From assembly GCA_943788985.1 (NCBI GenBank), contig CALSSJ010000020.1, forward strand, positions 24,613-88,612: a DNA stretch of 64,000 bases, written 5' to 3'. Each line of letters starts with the position of its first letter. Positions within the stretch are counted from its first letter, which is position 1. The position numbers were made by a program, and so were the translations under genes. The stretch comes from an uncultured Lentisphaerales bacterium. GTDB taxonomy: Bacteria; Verrucomicrobiota; Lentisphaeria; JABSQK01; UBA12247. Positions 29,988 through 39,959 of the stretch are shown piece after piece. The notes beneath the pieces were generated by a model. That model was not told where the DNA came from, did no database searches, and saw only the letters and a list, made by a program, of their open reading frames with translations.

Positions 29988-31381
29988 AGGTCCTCTCCGT
30001 ACTTCTCTTCGAACTGCTCTGCCGATATTCCCATCGCGTGCGCGGCCTTATTACGATCGCCATCCATAGCACGCAACGTGTGCGTCACAAACTCCATCTC
30101 CTTCTGACGCAGAAACTTTCGCAGGGAGCGCCAGCGCAAATCGTACTCGTCTGAATAGCCTTTTCCTTGGCTGGAACGTACGAAACAGTAGCGAACGGGT
30201 CGGGGTAAATGCTCCAGCCGAATTCGACAATCCTCAGTGGCCGCGCGCCGCGCAGCCCGGCGAATTGAGCCTACAAGCTCGCGGACATTCCCGGGCCAGG
30301 TGTAGGCCTCCAACGCCGCCATGGCCTTCATCTCAATCGAAATCTTCTTGTCTCGATTTAGATTCAGGTCATGCATCGTATGCTGGGTCAGGAGGGCGAT
30401 GTCACCCGCGCGCTCACGCAACGGCGGAAGTTCAATCGTCGCCAGCCCCAGGCCGTAATAGAGTTCTTCGAGCAACTCACCGCGCGCCAGCTTGCGTTCG
30501 AGTGGCTCGGTGGAAGAGATGAGTACCCGGAACTCCGCCGGGATCGTTCGTCGATCGCGTTGAAACATCCCACTCTGCACGACGCGAACTAAATCATGCT
30601 GGACGGAGTGAGGCAAACAGCCGATCTCATTCAGGTAAAGCGTACCGCCGTGCGCTTGCTCGAGGCAACCCACAAACGGTACGCGACGTCGCTCCATCTG
30701 CACCTGCGACTCCGGCTCGCTCCTGGCAGAGAATGGAACCCCGAAGAACTCATCGTGCAACATCACACTCGGGATGTCCAGACAGTCAAACTCAATAAAA
30801 GGCCCGTCGCGGAAAACGCCACAGTCATGGAGCGCACGCGCGACCAAGCTCTTGCCAACCCCCGACTCTCCAAGGAGGCAGAAGGTGGTTTCCATATCTG
30901 CCGCTTCAGCAATCAGATCATAGAGCTGACGCATGCGTAAACTCTCACCAATCATGCCCATGTTCGCCTCTACGGCCTTGCTTAGCTCCGTACCGCCGAG
31001 ATTCGAGAACGGAAGTGCGCGGCGCACCACCGCCAGCAACTCCTCCAAATCGAACGGCTTCCCGATGTAGTCAAACGCTCCCAGCCGCATGGCATTGATC
31101 GCTGAGTCGACATCTGCATGTCCTGTCATCATGACGACGGGCGTATTCGGGTGGGAATTCACCAGCATGCTGAGCACTGCCATGCCATCGATCCCTGGCA
31201 TCACCAAGTCCGTCAGCACGAGGTCGATGTCTTCTTCGTCGACAACTCGAACCACATGCTCGCCATGTTCAAGGGTAAACACCTCGTACCCCTGCCGGCG
31301 CAGCAGCGTTTTCAACACAGTAATAATTCCTGGGTCATCATCAAGTACCAGGATACGATCTTTACGCGCGTCAGCCATCAA
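29984..31381 (-). CDS. NtrC-like response regulator (REC + degenerate sigma54 AAA + HTH)
   Basis: ILVLDDD, VLTDLVMP, YIGKPF, GESGVGKS, WPGNVREL, C-terminal Fis-like HTH. Confidence 0.88.
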   Translation of the reverse strand: MMADARKDRILVLDDDPGIITVLKTLLRRQGYEVFTLEHGEHVVRVVDEEDIDLVLTDLVMPGIDGMAVLSMLVNSHPNTPVVMMTGHADVDSAINAMRLGAFDYIGKPFDLEELLAVVRRALPFSNLGGTELSKAVEANMGMIGESLRMRQLYDLIAEAADMETTFCLLGESGVGKSLVARALHDCGVFRDGPFIEFDCLDIPSVMLHDEFFGVPFSARSEPESQVQMERRRVPFVGCLEQAHGGTLYLNEIGCLPHSVQHDLVRVVQSGMFQRDRRTIPAEFRVLISSTEPLERKLARGELLEELYYGLGLATIELPPLRERAGDIALLTQHTMHDLNLNRDKKISIEMKAMAALEAYTWPGNVRELVGSIRRAARRAATEDCRIRLEHLPRPVRYCFVRSSQGKGYSDEYDLRWRSLRKFLRQKEMEFVTHTLRAMDGDRNKAAHAMGISAEQFEEKYGEDL

Positions 31382-31417
31382 TAAATCCCGTCAAGCAGGG
31401 ATCGAGATTATCAGTCG

Positions 31418-32182
31418 TCAATAGACGTCCTCCAGGTAAACTCTATCTCCTACTGAGATGCGTAGAGACTCGGCAGCGTTTCCTTGGTTCACTGCAAGCT
31501 CCACCAGACCGTAGCTGTTCACCAACGCCAGCGCGTCGCCGGGATTGGCCGTCGCGTACGTCAGCGACACGCGCTGGGCCTCAAACTCGCCGCATCGCAC
31601 AGTGGCTTCCGCCGAGATGGCGTCGGGGCGGACGTTGGTAACCGCATTCCCAAACCGGTCGATGCAAATAACACGGCTTGCCGCCGACTCCGGAAGATGC
31701 ACCGGATCCCGAACGAGCGAGCCAAACTGCCCGGGCGGGGTACCGCCTGCTGCGTGCGCGCCGACAGGGGCAAACACATCGCGCCCGGGGAAAGTATGTG
31801 AGCGGCAGCTGCCGTGCCACCGCGTCTCCGTCAAGGAATGGATTTCGGCCGCGTCTCCGGCACCTTGTATCAGGACCCCGTTATCTGGTCCGGCCAGTGT
31901 GGCGTGTTGCGTTCGCACAATCAAGCCTCTGCGATCACTCCCCGCACCTGGATCCACGACCACGATAAATGTCGTGCCCTGCGGAAAGTGAGGGCCACTC
32001 TGTGCAACAAAAAACGCCGCACAACAAATGTCATGCGGCGCAATTTCGTGCGTCAAGTCAATAACACGCAGGTCCGGGTTCACCGAGGCAATGGCGCCCT
32101 TCATGACACCAACATACGGATCGGAGACACCGAAGTCTGTGAGCAGGACAATCAGCCCATCGGCTTGTGACCGCTGGCTCAA
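31418..32182 (-). CDS. SAM hydrolase / SAM-dependent halogenase family (DUF62)
   Basis: LLTDFG..DPYVGVMKG, VVDPG, GPDNG, GRDVFAP, IDRFGN, ELAVNQGNA; start approximate. Confidence 0.88.
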   Translation of the reverse strand: MSQRSQADGLIVLLTDFGVSDPYVGVMKGAIASVNPDLRVIDLTHEIAPHDICCAAFFVAQSGPHFPQGTTFIVVVDPGAGSDRRGLIVRTQHATLAGPDNGVLIQGAGDAAEIHSLTETRWHGSCRSHTFPGRDVFAPVGAHAAGGTPPGQFGSLVRDPVHLPESAASRVICIDRFGNAVTNVRPDAISAEATVRCGEFEAQRVSLTYATANPGDALALVNSYGLVELAVNQGNAAESLRISVGDRVYLEDVY

Positions 32183-32198
32183 AGCTGCGACAGCAGCC

Positions 32199-32426
32199 TT
32201 AGGCCTTTTCGATCGCGCCGGAGCGGATACAGGCCACGCAAACAACAGCGCGCTTAACCGTACCGTTGAGACGAATCCGTACGGACTGCAAGTTCGGCCG
32301 AAAGACCCGTTTGACGTTCTTTACTACGTGGGTGCCGATACCGCCTTGCTTCTTAGCCAGACCGCGTCGGGAAATGCTACCACCGGAAACCCGGCGTTTC
32401 GCACATACTGCACATTCCTTGGGCAT
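32199..32426 (-). CDS. rpmB: 50S ribosomal protein L28
   Basis: MPKECAVC..RRGLAKKQGGIG..KRVFRPNLQ..CVACIRSG; SD AGGAG upstream. Confidence 0.95.
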   Translation of the reverse strand: MPKECAVCAKRRVSGGSISRRGLAKKQGGIGTHVVKNVKRVFRPNLQSVRIRLNGTVKRAVVCVACIRSGAIEKA

Positions 32427-32478
32427 AGTCAATCTCCTCTGAAAATCATATCATAGCGACGTTCGCAAGCGCAAATAG

Positions 32479-32554
32479 TGGTGGGTTGGCCGGGGCTCGA
32501 ACCCGGGACCCACGGCTTAAAAGGCCGTTGCTCTACCGACTGAGCTACCAACCC
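32479..32554 (-). tRNA. tRNA-Lys (anticodon UUU)
   Basis: Reverse complement GGGTTGGTAGCTCAGTCGGTAGAGCAACGGCCTTTTAAGCCGTGGGTCCCGGGTTCGAGCCCCGGCCAACCCACCA: 76 nt, cloverleaf, encoded CCA. Confidence 0.97.
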
Positions 32555-32575
32555 ACGCCGCATTGCGAGCCGAGT

Positions 32576-32603
32576 AAAATACTCAGCCTGACCAATCTGT
32601 CAA
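32576..32603 (-). promoter_or_regulatory. Putative sigma70 promoter for tRNA-Lys/rpmB
   Basis: Minus-strand TTGACA (32603-32598), 16 bp, TATTTT (32581-32576), about 20 bp before the tRNA. Confidence 0.5.
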
Positions 32604-32661
32604 TCCGCCTGTGAGTACTTCGTCCACAAGCGACAAAACCAGGGGCGTTTCAGCTAACTCT

Positions 32662-33684
32662 TCAAGGTGTCCGTAACTCATCGAGGAGCTGTCCGACCAG
32701 GTCCGCAGAGGTAAGATTCTCCGCTTCTGCTTCATAGGATGGCACGACGCGATGCCGCAGGACATCAGGCGCCACGTCCTTGACATCCTGTGGGACCACA
32801 TAAGCACGTCCAGCCAGAAATGCGGTCGCCTTGGCCGCGATCGCCATCGCCAGCGTGGCGCGCGGTGACGCCCCAATCTGAATCAACTCAGCAAACCTCT
32901 CCAACTTTGCTTCATTCTGGCGCTCCGACAGCTGATCGTGCTTGCTAGTCCGCGTCGCAAACACGATATCCAAAATGTAGGCTACGATCTTCTCGTCGAT
33001 GTACACCTTATCGACCCACTTGCGGGCGTTTTGAATATCATCTAGTGAGGCGACCTGCGTAGCCACGCTTTTAACGTCCGGATGAGCCATGCGCTCAAGA
33101 ATCACCGCTTCTTCGTCTCGCGTGGGGTAATCGAGCTCGACCTTCAGCATGAAGCGGTCCGTCTGTGCTTCGGGAAGCGGGTAGGTTCCTTCCTGCTCCA
33201 GTGGATTCTGCGTGGCCATCACCAAGAATGGTGACGGCAGCTTGTGGGTGACCCCAGCAATCGTGACCTGGCGCTCCTGCATGGCTTCCAACAAAGCGCT
33301 CTGCACCTTCGCTGGCGCACGATTGATCTCGTCTGCCAAAACGATGTTCGCAAACACCGGGCCCTTCTTGACCGAGAAGCTCTGATCGTGCGGATTGTAG
33401 ATGGTAGTTCCAATCACGTCAGCAGGAAGCAGATCAGGCGTAAATTGCAGGCGCGCAAAGTCACCGCCGACGGCCTGCGCCAGCAGGTTGATCGTCAAGG
33501 TTTTGGCCAGACCAGGCACACCTTCTACTAGAATGTGGCCGTTGGTTACCATGCCGAGAATTAAGCGGTCAAGCAGCCGCTCCTGACCGACCAGAAAACG
33601 CCCGACCTCTACGCGAAGCGTCTGCACGAATGCAGATGCGGCCTTGATCTTGTTCTGCAGCTCCTGAAGTTCCTGTTGTTGCAT
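32662..33684 (-). CDS. MoxR family AAA+ ATPase
   Basis: EGVPGLAKT, LQFTPDLLPAD, LADEINRAPAKVQSALLEAM, QEGTYPLPEAQTDRF. Confidence 0.95.
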   Translation of the reverse strand: MQQQELQELQNKIKAASAFVQTLRVEVGRFLVGQERLLDRLILGMVTNGHILVEGVPGLAKTLTINLLAQAVGGDFARLQFTPDLLPADVIGTTIYNPHDQSFSVKKGPVFANIVLADEINRAPAKVQSALLEAMQERQVTIAGVTHKLPSPFLVMATQNPLEQEGTYPLPEAQTDRFMLKVELDYPTRDEEAVILERMAHPDVKSVATQVASLDDIQNARKWVDKVYIDEKIVAYILDIVFATRTSKHDQLSERQNEAKLERFAELIQIGASPRATLAMAIAAKATAFLAGRAYVVPQDVKDVAPDVLRHRVVPSYEAEAENLTSADLVGQLLDELRTP

Positions 33685-33831
33685 AAATCCGTCTCGCTCT
33701 ATTCTGATTGGGTGTCGGCAGCAGACGCCGACTGGGCGGAAAAGTTGCACCGACACGTGCAATCAACAACAGTCTTCGCAGCAAGTTCGGCCAATCAGCC
33801 CCGTGCCCTCACCTTGTTGATTGCAACAGGC

Positions 33832-35607
33832 CTAGCGCGCGGGCGACGGTGCTGGCGCTGGTGGCGGGCTCACTGCGGGTGTAGACGTCGCGGGTGCAAC
33901 CTCGCCCTCAAGCTCTTGCGGAATCATCGTTTCAGGCGGAATCTCGGAAGGAGCTACTGGGACGCGTGCTGGTACCAAGCGATAGATCTTGTAGCGCAGT
34001 TCTTTGTCATCAGCCATCACTTGATAGTCATCTAGAATCCGCTGCAGCTCGGTCTGCTTGGCGAAGTCGCCCAGATCAGTGATCACGAAGTACTCGGCGC
34101 CAATCTCCTCAACGATCAAGTCAAACAAATCGCGACTGACTTTCTCCTCACTCTGTGCGGTCGCCAGGGTGCGGTTGACCAGCGCGGTCGCACCGGGCCA
34201 ACGCCTGCCGCCAAACTTCCCGTAGTAGGTCAAATCTGTGCCGCCGTCCTCCCCCAGATAGATCGCAGCCGTAGTGTGATTCAAGTCCTCGCCCAGCTTG
34301 ATCGCCAATTGACGCCGCGCCTCGATTCGCTTGTGAAAGGCAGGGTGAATGAACATGATCACCTTCTTGTGGACGCCGACCAGCCCGGTAACGAACTCGA
34401 AACCAACCTTACCTACGGAGGCTTCGCCCTTCGTCAGCGCCTTTAACTTGGGAGCAGAAACCGCCAGCTGGAGCAGGACCGGAATGACTACGACCGCGGC
34501 CAATGCAACGAGATGCTGCTTCACGAACCCGATCCTCTCTTGGACAAGATGCTGCACCAAGAAGGCGTAGGATACTGCCACCAGCGGAATGAGCTGCAAG
34601 TGGTAGTAGTCGTGCGTGTGGATGTGATAGGTAAAGATACACGAGTACACTGCGTAGCCACACCACCAAGAGCGGATGAGAATCTTTGCCAATGGCTTCT
34701 TAGGCAGCGCCCATGCACTCCAAATCGCCAGCGCCAACGGAATCAGCCCGATCATGCGGCCGACCATGCGCGCAGTGCCCAGCCAGAACTTTTTCGTCAG
34801 CAGCAGCGCTGGCTGCACCGTCGCATTAGCCTGCCAGTCGAGATTCGAATCGCCCCCCAAGATGTGCAGCGCGTAATAGGCGATCGGAATCGAAAAACAA
34901 GCACCCACGATGTATGGGACAGGGCTGGTAAAGATTCCGAAGATCGAGTGACGCCACGCCCAGAGCCCAATGCAGATCAGCCCGATTGGCACGAGACAAA
35001 GCGGCTTGATAAATACGGCCAAACTCCACAGCACAGCCGCCGCCGCGACTCGTCCTGCGGTCTGCTTCTCCACCACCAACAAAAAAGCGTGCAGCCCGCC
35101 CAAGAACAGGCAAATCATCAGCGGATCAGGCTGGAAGCTTCGCGTCCCAATGACCCCAAACGGCAGAAATAGATAGACCCCCAGCGAGGCCACGGCACAA
35201 TAATTCGGCGCAATGCCGCGCACGATTCTGAATACGAATACGCCTCCCAATAGCCATAGCAACGAGGCGATAGCCTTCGGAACCCACAGCCTCTCGCCGC
35301 CCAGCATGTTGTAGAAGAAGACTGAGGTGCCTTCCATCACGCGCGGCTCGAGCAGTAGTTCATCGGCCAGGTTCTGCGCGGCTACCGCACGTTCCCACTC
35401 CGGCGCAGTTGTCTTATTCTCCATGTACATCCCACGTGCAATAGCAGCACACATGAACTGGCGTGCGGGATGGTAGTCAATCGGTGGCGCGGTGATCCGG
35501 TACATCCGAACACCGAACGCCAGGATAAACAGAAGCAGGACAATCGCCTTGAGTTTAGGGGCCAGTGCCTGTTGTGGAGTGTAAATCAGCTCTTCCTGGT
35601 CAGACAC
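33832..35607 (-). CDS. ArnT/GT39-like membrane glycosyltransferase
   Basis: DYHPARQ, RSFQPDPLM, AVFIKP, HDYYHLQL, multiple TM helices; GTG start with a GGAGG SD. Confidence 0.8.
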   Translation of the reverse strand: MSDQEELIYTPQQALAPKLKAIVLLLFILAFGVRMYRITAPPIDYHPARQFMCAAIARGMYMENKTTAPEWERAVAAQNLADELLLEPRVMEGTSVFFYNMLGGERLWVPKAIASLLWLLGGVFVFRIVRGIAPNYCAVASLGVYLFLPFGVIGTRSFQPDPLMICLFLGGLHAFLLVVEKQTAGRVAAAAVLWSLAVFIKPLCLVPIGLICIGLWAWRHSIFGIFTSPVPYIVGACFSIPIAYYALHILGGDSNLDWQANATVQPALLLTKKFWLGTARMVGRMIGLIPLALAIWSAWALPKKPLAKILIRSWWCGYAVYSCIFTYHIHTHDYYHLQLIPLVAVSYAFLVQHLVQERIGFVKQHLVALAAVVVIPVLLQLAVSAPKLKALTKGEASVGKVGFEFVTGLVGVHKKVIMFIHPAFHKRIEARRQLAIKLGEDLNHTTAAIYLGEDGGTDLTYYGKFGGRRWPGATALVNRTLATAQSEEKVSRDLFDLIVEEIGAEYFVITDLGDFAKQTELQRILDDYQVMADDKELRYKIYRLVPARVPVAPSEIPPETMIPQELEGEVAPATSTPAVSPPPAPAPSPAR

Positions 35608-35638
35608 GTGGCCCTCCTCCGATCCTGTTGGTGGTCTA

Positions 35639-37348
35639 TTACTTGGTCTTGCGGCCAAACCACACGTTCGCTAGACCTGCGGTATACCACCGCAGGTAAT
35701 TCTTGAGCCACGCAAACAGCCGAAATTTCGACTCGCCGCCCTTACGCTGCTTCCAAACGGTCGGAATCTCGCAGATTTTCAGCCCGCGCGAATGCCCTTT
35801 GACGGTCAGCTCAAACGAGAACTCGAATCCACCGCTGCTTTCAATGTCGATGCTCTTCAAATACTTGGCCCGGTACAGCTTAAACGAGTTCGTGACGTCC
35901 GAAGTCGGGAAGCGGGTCAGCATGTGAAAGGATCGGTTGGCGACACGAGAGAGAAGATCTTGAATAAATGGACCACCGAGCTTCTTGCCGTCACCCGAGT
36001 AACGCGTACCACAGACGATGTCGAAACCGCCATCGGCCTTCGCGACCATTTCGTTGATCGTGTGCATGTCATCCGAAAGATCACCGTTCACCATAACGAT
36101 ATATTCGCCGCGGGCAGCGTCGATTCCGGCGCGGATCGCATTGATCACGCCAGGCCCGATATCGTTTTTGACCAGTTTGAGTTCGGGCACGCTTTGCATC
36201 ATCTGCTCCACGTACGGGACGGTCGTGTCTTCGTCGAAATCATAGACCACGAGTATTTCGAAGGGAACGCCCACGTGGCGTTTCACTTCTTGGATCGTCG
36301 GGACAATCAAGTCATCCTCGTTGTAGACCGGCGTAATGATGGTCAACTCCGGACAGGATCCAGTCGTGGCTTCATCGTAGTTATCGCGAAACCACTCGAC
36401 CGTCTCCTTCAGGCCCTTGTCGAGCAGCATTTTCGGCTCGAACCCTGACACCCGCGTGAGCTTCTCACTGGACAAAGACTTGCGCGGAGCGCCCTCAGGC
36501 TTGGTCGTATCAAACTCAAGCACCGGCGTTTTGCCGCTGATCTCGCAGATCTTGCGCACCAGATCTCCGATGGTCGTCTCGCGGTCATGCCCTACGTTAA
36601 CGGGGTCCGCTACCGCATACTTCTCGGTGAGATCCATAAAGCCCTGAGCCACATCCAGCACGTGCACGAAGGCCCGCGTCTGATTTCCCGAGCCCCAAAC
36701 CCGTACGGGGTCTTCGCCATCGAGCACGCGCTTGGTCAGCGCCGGAATCACGTGCGACTTCTCGCCGTCCCAGCCATCGCCCGCGCCATAGACATTATTC
36801 GGCCGCGCCACCGCGATCTTCATGTCGTACTCTTTCGCGTAGTATCTGGCCTGAACCTCCATATTGATCTTACCCAGCGCATAGCCCTCGTTCACCAACT
36901 CCGGAGTACCGGTGTAGGCTTCTTCCGTCGTGGGAGCAGGCGCGCCATCGGGGTAGACACAGGACGAACTCACGACTTAAGTCCGCTCGACGTTGTTCAG
37001 TCGGCAGGCTTGTAGGACGTTGAGGCCCAACAATGTATTGAAGGTAAACATCTCGCCGTGATGGTCCTGGCTGTACTCCAAACCACAGGCCTTGGCCACT
37101 AGGTTCATACAGACATCCATCCCGGCCGTCGCAGTCAGACAACTGTCGAACGATACCAAGTCGAGTTGCATGAAATCAATCTGGTCAAAGATTTCCCTCA
37201 GGTTTTCCTTGCGGCCGCGTTCGAGATTGTCCGCCACGCGAACCGTTGAGCCTTGGTTCAGCAATAGCCTAACTAGTTTGGCGCCAACAAAACCAGCGCC
37301 GCCAGCGACCAATACTTTTTTCTTCTTCCAGAAACTTTCCTGGCCCAT
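35639..37348 (-). CDS. NAD-dependent epimerase (GDP-sugar type) fused to a GT2 polyprenol-phosphate glycosyltransferase; interrupted by one in-frame TAA at 36977-36979
   Basis: VLVAGGAGFVG; NVERT*VVSSSCVY in a single frame; YALGK; SHVIPAL; WGSGNQTRAF; then ITPVYNE, GTRYS, SDVTNSFKLY, GESKFRL. Confidence 0.85.
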
Positions 37349-37825
37349 TGCACGTCCTTGCCATTACGGTCCAGCGAGAAAATCCGAGGAGATCAGCCGC
37401 AATTCTGCGGGACTCGCAGCGCCCGGATCCAAAAGTGAACCGCTACGATAGGTGAATTTCATTTGTCTGCAACACGCTGATTCTCAAATAGTTCGCGATG
37501 TGCGCATGCACCCGTGCCAGACTGAGCCTGCAAACACCGAATTTGAGAATTCAGTGCACGGACTCCAGTCGCCAAATTCCTGCGCGTGTCTGGAGTCGCA
37601 GCCGAGCGGGAGTTTTGTCAGGCCATCTCCGTTTCAGACGAGCGCGGCGTGGATGACGGGCACGTGGACAAGGAGCCATTTCCACTGGCACGATCGCTTG
37701 GCTTCCCCAGCGCTTCCTGCAGCCCCTCACAAGACCCAAATTAAGCCCTCGCTTTCGAGGAGTTGCTGCCTAGACCAAGCGTTGAAATAATAGTTCCCAT
37801 TCCTTCCCCTTTTCCGAAACCTGCA

Positions 37826-38350
37826 ATGAGACATCATGGGATGCTACTGATCCTCGCAGCCTTGCCTGTCATCACCGCGATAGCTTCCGACAAATATTTC
37901 GATGGCAACGGGACCGCAGCTTGCTTCGGACTAACCAGCGGCAGTTAGCCGTTTCCCCTCGACCCAACCGTGGCGATCTGGAATACCGATACGACAGGAG
38001 CGGCCGGGGAGGCCATCCTTACGCTGGCTAGCGGCGATGTTGCAAACTTCATGCCGAGCGGGACCTCCGGAGTTAGATTTGACTGTGAGAATTATGGTGG
38101 CGTGCCATTGGGGGCACTACAACCGGAGTTGAAAGTGGCGCGCCGTTCATCCAGCCCATGCAAAATCAAAGTGGCGGCGGCCTGGCCCTCACCTAGTCGC
38201 GAGGTGAAATCGTCGACACCAGCGGTTTTGAAAACGGTTTCTGGTGGGACCTCTATACCACTGGCGACTATACTAGGATCGGCGCAAATTTGCTGACCTC
38301 CGGAGATGATGGGGTGACGGCAAACGGTACACTGAACATTGACCAAGCAG
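37826..38350 (+). pseudogene. Remnant of a secreted beta-strand/autotransporter-like protein
   Basis: Signal peptide MRHHGMLLILAALPVITAIAS, then DKYFDGNGT..FG, WNTDTTG, ANGTLNID across stops and frameshifts. Confidence 0.4.
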
Positions 38351-38367
38351 GCATTTAGATCCGGCAG

Positions 38368-39450
38368 TTGTCTACGACTAGGCCGGAAGCATTCAGGTTC
38401 AGATCGGTGTTAGCGGCCAAGCAAAGCGGGCCATCTTTTGCAAAAAGTGTGGATAGAGATCTGACTCCCGCAGAGATTAAGTCACTAGCTGAGTTCGCCA
38501 AAGAGAATGGTGGGAAAGACCTAAGGGGCTTCTCTGTTCACAAACTTCCCACAGGCCAAGCGGGGATGATTACGGCTGACAATTCATTGACCGCGAAAGG
38601 TGCTTGGCGTATTGTAGCTCTCTTAAATAAGTGGAAGGAAAATCAAGATTTTGAAATCGAAGTCGAGAACTCACCTGCGACCACAATTACACGCAACCAA
38701 AATTGGAAAGAGGATCCTAATGGGAAAGGTTATCTATCAACGCTTGAGCCCAGAGGAGGCAGTGGCAGAGTTCGGCAACTTGATCGGTATCGTCGGGGGG
38801 CCTACCGAGACATCCTCAGAGAGGAACTCAAAAGCGCAGGAGCCAAGGGATCTTTCTCCCTCAGAAGAGGAATACGAAGACGAGACAGCGGATACTCTGG
38901 CTCGGCAAAAACGGAACGCTGGGATCGTCTGCCGGGCGCGCCAATTAAAGAAGGAGCAACAGGCCCGGACCCAAGACTAAATGAGGTTGCGGAGTCCTAC
39001 GCTAAATCGATTGGCATCCAACTTCGACGGCAGGCTGAATACGTCAGGGTAGATCCTGACCGGGCAAGTCGCATTGCGGACGCCTATGAGGCCATGCCCC
39101 ACGACCCTTCTGATCCAGCCGTCCAGGAAGCCTACCAGAATCTTATTGATCAGACGATGGCCCAGTACCGGGCTCTAGAGTCGGCTGGGTACGAGTTCTA
39201 TTTTGCAGCCCCCGAGACGGCGACCGCCAATCCGTGGGACGACATGCGCGAGTTGCGTAAGCATAAGCAAATGCCTGTGTTCCCCACTGAGGAGGGACAC
39301 GCCAATGGGTGAGACTTGCTCATTGTCAGCAATAACGCACTATTGGCGGACACTCGCATTCGCTGGGTAGCTAGGCCCGTCCTAGCAAATGACCTTTTCC
39401 GGGCTGTCCATGATGCGCTTGATCACGGACTGGAGGGTACTGGATTTCGT
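38368..39450 (+). pseudogene. Fragment of a phage-type large (polyvalent-like) protein
   Basis: GPDPRL..VAESYA, RIADAYEAMPHDP.DPAVQEAY, NPW..MREL, then NDLFRAVHDALDHGLEGTGFR; no clear start, broken by a stop; recognised from memory of phage proteins. Confidence 0.6.
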
Positions 39451-39499
39451 GGATGCGATCGGCTTTTTCGCCGAACAGTAACGTTCCGTAGATTCCCTT

Positions 39500-39934
39500 T
39501 CGAGAGTTGTTCGGATTGCTCCGCGTGAGGATGAAGACGCACCAGATACTTGCCCCCCGTAGTCGTAGATGTCACACGTTGCGAACGTGGGGATCTTCTG
39601 CCGAAACGTTCCGTATTCGGGGATGGTGGCCAGCTGGTCATAGGCCCGTTTCAATCGTTCCGGAATCTGTACTTTCCGCGTAATGGTTGTCGCCCAGAAG
39701 CAGCATGAACTCCGGATCTTTCGCCCGAATCACATCCCAAAACCCTTGATCTTTTTTGGGCTTGTTGCAAGAGCCGAACGCAATCCGGCGAATCGGCTGG
39801 CTGGCATAGGCTCTGTCGGATAGAAACTCAGTGGCTGGCTCAGAGGACCGCTCCTCAGCACCCGCTGGAAAGCCCACGGCCAGCAGTGTGATCACTCCCA
39901 GGCTCAATGCCCTTGCAAAAAAATAGTTCGTCAT
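39500..39934 (-). pseudogene. PhoD-family alkaline phosphatase, truncated and frameshifted
   Basis: Signal peptide, RIAFGSCN, LLLGDNHYA, then (shifted) TFATCDIYDYG, a degraded ATWDDHDYG motif. Confidence 0.75.
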
Positions 39935-39959
39935 TGCATTTCCCCGTTCTTATTCGTGT

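Noticed and set aside
32479..32554. tRNA-Lys as an integration site
   Set aside because: Its 3' side leads directly to rpmB; no duplicated tRNA 3' end or integrase was seen.
11471..36979. Stop-codon reassignment or Sec/Pyl readthrough explaining in-frame stops
   Set aside because: Interrupting stops are of all three types and lie mostly in otherwise decayed genes; core genes end normally with TAA, TAG and TGA.
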